Below the pieces are notes generated by a model. The model worked only from the letters and a program-made list of their open reading frames with translations. It searched no databases and was not told where the DNA came from. Made by a program: the position numbers and the translations under genes. Positions 59,331-64,000 of a DNA stretch of 64,000 bases are shown here, one piece after another. The stretch lies in assembly GCF_009914755.1 (NCBI RefSeq), contig NC_060928.1. The stretch is one strand, 5' to 3'. Source of the stretch: the human T2T-CHM13v2.0 reference genome, Homo sapiens. The first letter of the stretch is position 1, and each line of letters begins with the position of its first letter.

Positions 59331-59482
59331 CTTCGAACATACTGTCTGGTCTTGCAAAATAAACATATTCAAAGATACAAAAAGCCACTGGGTTTCCTTC
59401 AGACCTTGATATAATATCAAGAGTTTGGACATTGTGTCTGGATATTTCCACAATTTCTCCAGGCAAGACTTCACGGTAATAT
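59331..59482 (-). CDS. PPAT: PPAT exon 7 ([11 protein letters not shown]...[17 protein letters not shown])
   Basis: manual translation; 152 nt, phase 2/1. Confidence 0.95.
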
Positions 59483-60109
59483 CTTGGGAAACAATGTTAA
59501 AGAAAGAAGACTTTTAATAAACTAGTCCTTAAGGCTGATGAAAATATTAATTATAAAGCACACAGAGTACCTTCCCTTAGAGAAACAATTGATTCATTCA
59601 ATATAAAATCTAGAAGTGACTTTTTAAAGTGGTATGTCTCCTGCAATGATTTCTTTATAATCTCTCTGTAAACACTAAGTTCTAGTATAGAATTAAAAAA
59701 TTAAGGGCCCTAAGTTGTATTGAATTTTAAAAGAATAAAGTATAAAGAAAACATTTTCTCCTGGCTTACATTTTTCTGTCATAACTATCTCTCATTGAGG
59801 AAGTTCTTCCTTTCTAAAATAAGTCTCTATTTTCATATTGTACTGTAAAAAGAGAAAAATATACAAAATAAAGAAAATAAGTTTCATAGTATCTTGAAAG
59901 AATGCCAGCTTCAGAATTAGAAGCTATTACTAGAACATTAAACTCAGTGCAACTGCTGAGCATAACATGCATAAGAAAAACCATTTATAAATATTTTCTT
60001 GCAGACATCAAAAAGAAAACTTTCAAACTTTCACATAAATAAGAAACTGTCTAAAAAAAATTCTTTTCAACATGGGAAAATAAAATATGTCAAACAAGGT
60101 AAAACTTAC

Positions 60110-60182
60110 CTTGCACCAATAGATAAGAAGCTACAAGATTCTGAAGACACCACCCATCCTTCTGTTTCTGATGTTTTTTTCT
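60110..60182 (-). CDS. PPAT: PPAT exon 6 (KKTSETEGWVVSSESCSFLSIGA)
   Basis: manual translation; 73 nt, phase 1/2. Confidence 0.93.
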
Positions 60183-60459
60183 CTGTAAATCACAAATCAA
60201 TTCAATTAATGGATTCCAGAAATTTTAAGAGGCTATTTCAATGGAACAGCTAACACTAAATAAATAAGTAAATAAAACTCATAGAATAGCCATTTCTATG
60301 ACTTTAAGAGCACATGGATCCTCATTTGACTTGAGCCAAAGATAAAATAAATGATCTTCTAAGATTCCTTCTAACATTATGATTTCATGGCTAGAAAAAG
60401 ATATCTTGATAAAAGTGAAAAGAAACCACTAAAATCATACTGCAGAAATGAAAAAGCTA

Positions 60460-60875
<416 letters not shown>

Positions 60876-61040
60876 TCAAAGAAACGTACTTTAAAAAGGA
60901 AGAATACATTTATTTTTATTTTTCTTACCTAGCTCCCTCCCACCCATCAACTTTCTATACCTAAAGATTTCAGGGCTTGATAGCAGTAGGACAATAATGG
61001 AAAAACACTATGAAATGATATTCCTTCTAAAGTTTATTAC

Positions 61041-61186
61041 CTTTGTCATTTATATCAGACACTGGAATAAGACGACCAATGCATAAGGGACGATTTCCAT
61101 AAGGATCTCGTACTGCATAAATAACATCTCTGTGCATTATAAGCAGGGAGTATGCTGTGGGTGCTTCCTTCATCAAGTTTTTAATC
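61041..61186 (-). CDS. PPAT: PPAT exon 5 ([15 protein letters not shown]...[12 protein letters not shown])
   Basis: class II GATase RDPxGxRPL motif; 146 nt, phase 2/1. Confidence 0.95.
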
Positions 61187-61288
61187 CTGGAATTAATTAA
61201 TAATTGAATGAATAACTTCAGTTATAAACATATGCAAGGCAAAACTCTCCTTACTAGAGCTCTAAGTTTAGTCCAGTTCTCTGCTTAC

Positions 61289-61401
61289 CTGGCTACCCAG
61301 TCTGGGGTGTCATCTTGTTCCTGAGGAGGGGTATACGCCAGTAACTGGGTAATCATTTCACTATCAGAACTTGTAGACAGACCAATACCATGACGCAGAA
61401 G
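61289..61401 (-). CDS. PPAT: PPAT exon 4 ([21 protein letters not shown]...DWVA)
   Basis: SDSE motif; 113 nt, phase 0/2; followed by a 102-nt intron. Confidence 0.94.
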
Positions 61402-61538
61402 CTATATAGAAAAAAAGAGAAGTTTAAATCATCAGAGGGGAAGCTCCACCCCACCCCAAACCCAGTAGCCAACCATAATGAAAAGAAATAAGGCATTCTG
61501 TGGATGTCCAGTTACAAAAATCCTGCATCCCACTAATG

Positions 61539-62066
61539 CAGCAGTCCCCAACCTTTTTGGCACCAGGGACCAGTTTGGTGGAAGACAATTTTTCCATGGA
61601 CCAGGGACAGGGGATGATTTGGGGATGATTCAAGCGAATTACATTTATTGTGCACTTTATTTCTATTATTACTATACTGTAATATATAATGAAATAATTA
61701 TACAACTCACCATAATCTAGAATCAGTGGGAGCCCTGAGCTTGTTTTCCTGCAACTAGACAGTCCCATCTGGGGGTGATGGGAGACAGTAACAGATCATC
61801 AGGCATTATACATTAGCTTCTCATAAGGAGAGCACAACCTGGATCCCTTGCATGCACAGCTCACAACAGGGTTCATGCTCCTAGGAGAATCTAATGCTGC
61901 TGCTGATCTGGACAGGAGACAGAGCTCAGGTGGTAATAGTGAGCGATGGGGAGCACCTATAAATACAGATGAAGTTTCACTTACCACTCACCTCCTGCTG
62001 TGTGGCCTGGTTCCTAACAAGCCACAGACTGGTACCAGTCCCTAGCACAGGGGTTGGGGACTCCTG
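61539..62066. mobile_element. MER1A (hAT-Charlie), complete
   Basis: TIRs CAGCAGTCCCCAACC / GGTTGGGGACTCCTG; degenerate 8-bp TSD CACTAATG/CGCTAATA. Confidence 0.8.
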
Positions 62067-63313
62067 CGCTAATAGTATGTATATACTAATAACGGATGAC
62101 CATGGCTGGAGGCAATAGGAAATCTAGAAGATTTTCAAGCAGGAAAAATGTGCTTTATGAGATGTACAGAAAAGCTTTTGAATACTAAATCTGAAGGCAA
62201 GCAGACCTGAAAGTGGGTAGGGGTTCCCAAAAATTTGATTTGTGGGTCTGACATTTTCTACCCTCAACACTCTTGATGAACTGGGTATATTCCTATAAAA
62301 GTAGTACACTACAGTGATAACTTTCAAGCTGGGTTTGTTAGTGATCATAATGGTGGCTACCCATCCTCATTGATTATTACTGATAGAAGAAAGTAATCAA
62401 CTGTATTGAACAATGAAATGTAGCAGATGTAATAAATATCGCTTGAGTGTACTCTATGATAATTACAAAGTTCTGAGCAGGACTGACCAAGACAAGGGCA
62501 GCCCCATGGACATGCACAGATTGAGTCTGAATGGGCACTACAGAACATTTTCAGTAGGGAGCTAAAGGTAAAGATAAAGTTTAGCATCTAGGTAAGTCAT
62601 TATGTCAGGAAACAGTGAGTTAGTGGTTATCTCTAAGTGGTGAATTTTTAAGAAATTTTTACTCCATATTTATACTTTCATGATTGTCTGAATTTTTAAA
62701 TGAACTATGTATTTTTTCATTTGGGGACAGAAAAGCACAATAAGGTCATTATAATGCCTATGAACAGGGCTGGACAAAGCTCTAGGAAATGTCTAAAGAC
62801 AGAACTAAAAAATGGAATGACAGTGAGTGGTACAAAAGCCTGGGTTCTAGATATTTTTGACCCAGCAGTTCATTATTATTAAGCTTCTGTAACTGTTCAT
62901 CATATGTGAATTGCCCAGCTCTAGAATGCTTATAGGATGGGGTGTGCGTGTAACCATCTATTACTAAATATCACCAGGTTCTGAAGTTACCAAGTCAAGG
63001 TTATTGGGAGCTAATAAACTGAAGAAACTCAACATTAATTAATGAATGCCTGAATGGATAAAAGGAAGCTACTAGGAATGAATATAAAGACAGGCAGTTA
63101 AAAAAAAAAAAAAAGAAAGATGAAATGATGAATGAAAGCATAGGCACAAATTTGACATCATTAGCACAGAAAGCTCCAAACAACATGCTGTGAACCAAGA
63201 GTTTAAGTAAACAGTCTCCGTCCCTTTTCCCATATTCTAGTTTCCTGTCATTGTTTCCAATTCATTTTTTCATGTCATCTTCAAGTTTATACTCCATTTT
63301 ATTTTTATGCTTT

Positions 63314-64000
63314 TGTGATATGTAAGAAGATTTATATATGTTATTTTTATCCTGGTCTTTCCTGGTACACAGCTCCTAAAACCCTTAGAATTGCCAAAAT
63401 GATAGGTGTCCTTTTGTATGCTGTTGAGATGACTGGTAGCTAGGGGCTCCTGCACAGCATCAGTATGAGGGCTAGTTGCCAGGGGAATCAACCAGAGGGT
63501 TGGAGCTTCCAGCTTCATCCCTGGACCCCCAGGGAAGGGGACAAAGGCTAAAGGTTGAGCTGATCACCAGTGGCTGATGATTTAATCATTCGTGCCTACT
63601 TCATGAAGCCTCCATAAAAATCCACAATGACTAGGTTCAGAGAGCTTCTGGATAGCTGAACACTTGGAGATGCCTGGAGGGTGGTGCCCCTGGAAAGGGC
63701 ATGGAAGCTCCACACTCGTTCCCACATACCCTGCCTTTTCCATCTTTTCACCAGACTGTTCTTCTGTAGCCTTTGTAATATCCTTTATAATAAACTGGTA
63801 AATGTATACAAAGCACTTTCTTGAGTTTTGTGATGTTTGAAACCAAAGGTAGTGCTAGGGCTGTTGCAGGAACTCCCAATTTATAACTGGTTGTCAGATG
63901 TACCAAAGGCCTGGACTTGCAACTGGCATCTGAAGTGCGGGACAATCTTGTGGGACTGAGCCCTTAACTTCTGGGACTGAGCCCTTAACTTCTGGAACCT
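63314..64000 (+). mobile_element. MER21-type LTR (runs off the window) with a 21-bp tandem duplication at 63951-63992
   Basis: CACAGCTCCTAAAACCCTT and GATTTAATCATTCGTGCCTAC motifs. Confidence 0.7.

Overview
Primate (almost certainly human, 4q12) genomic DNA, rich in Alu, L1 and LTR repeats. It holds two protein-coding genes in tandem on the minus strand. AASDH (ACSF4; an NRPS-like protein with adenylation, carrier and PQQ-type beta-propeller domains) is present from its CpG promoter and non-coding exon 1 (~45364-45500) to exon 14 (818-949); its last exon is outside the window. The 3' part of PPAT (amidophosphoribosyltransferase) is present from exon 4 (61289-61401) to the stop (53352), with a ~2 kb 3'UTR. 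I placed all exon boundaries by hand at GT/AG sites and the phases add up to continuous frames. AASDH intron 5 carries a full-length RPL7A processed pseudogene and a full-length, decayed L1PA3/4-type LINE-1, both antisense to the gene. I found no prokaryote-type systems, CRISPR arrays or RNA genes, and no evidence for a wholly new biological system. The best leads are: (i) an intact L1 ORF0 and antisense promoter pointing into AASDH, with splice donors in frame to exons 7/8/10; (ii) uORFs in the AASDH leader; (iii) a long hairpin hiding a Pumilio site in the PPAT 3'UTR; (iv) several local templated-duplication and palindrome scars; (v) a short L1 3' transduction; (vi) young AluYb8 and AluYa5 copies; (vii) a fossil retroviral env CX6CC motif. 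Repeat subfamily names come from remembered consensus sequences and need RepeatMasker confirmation.
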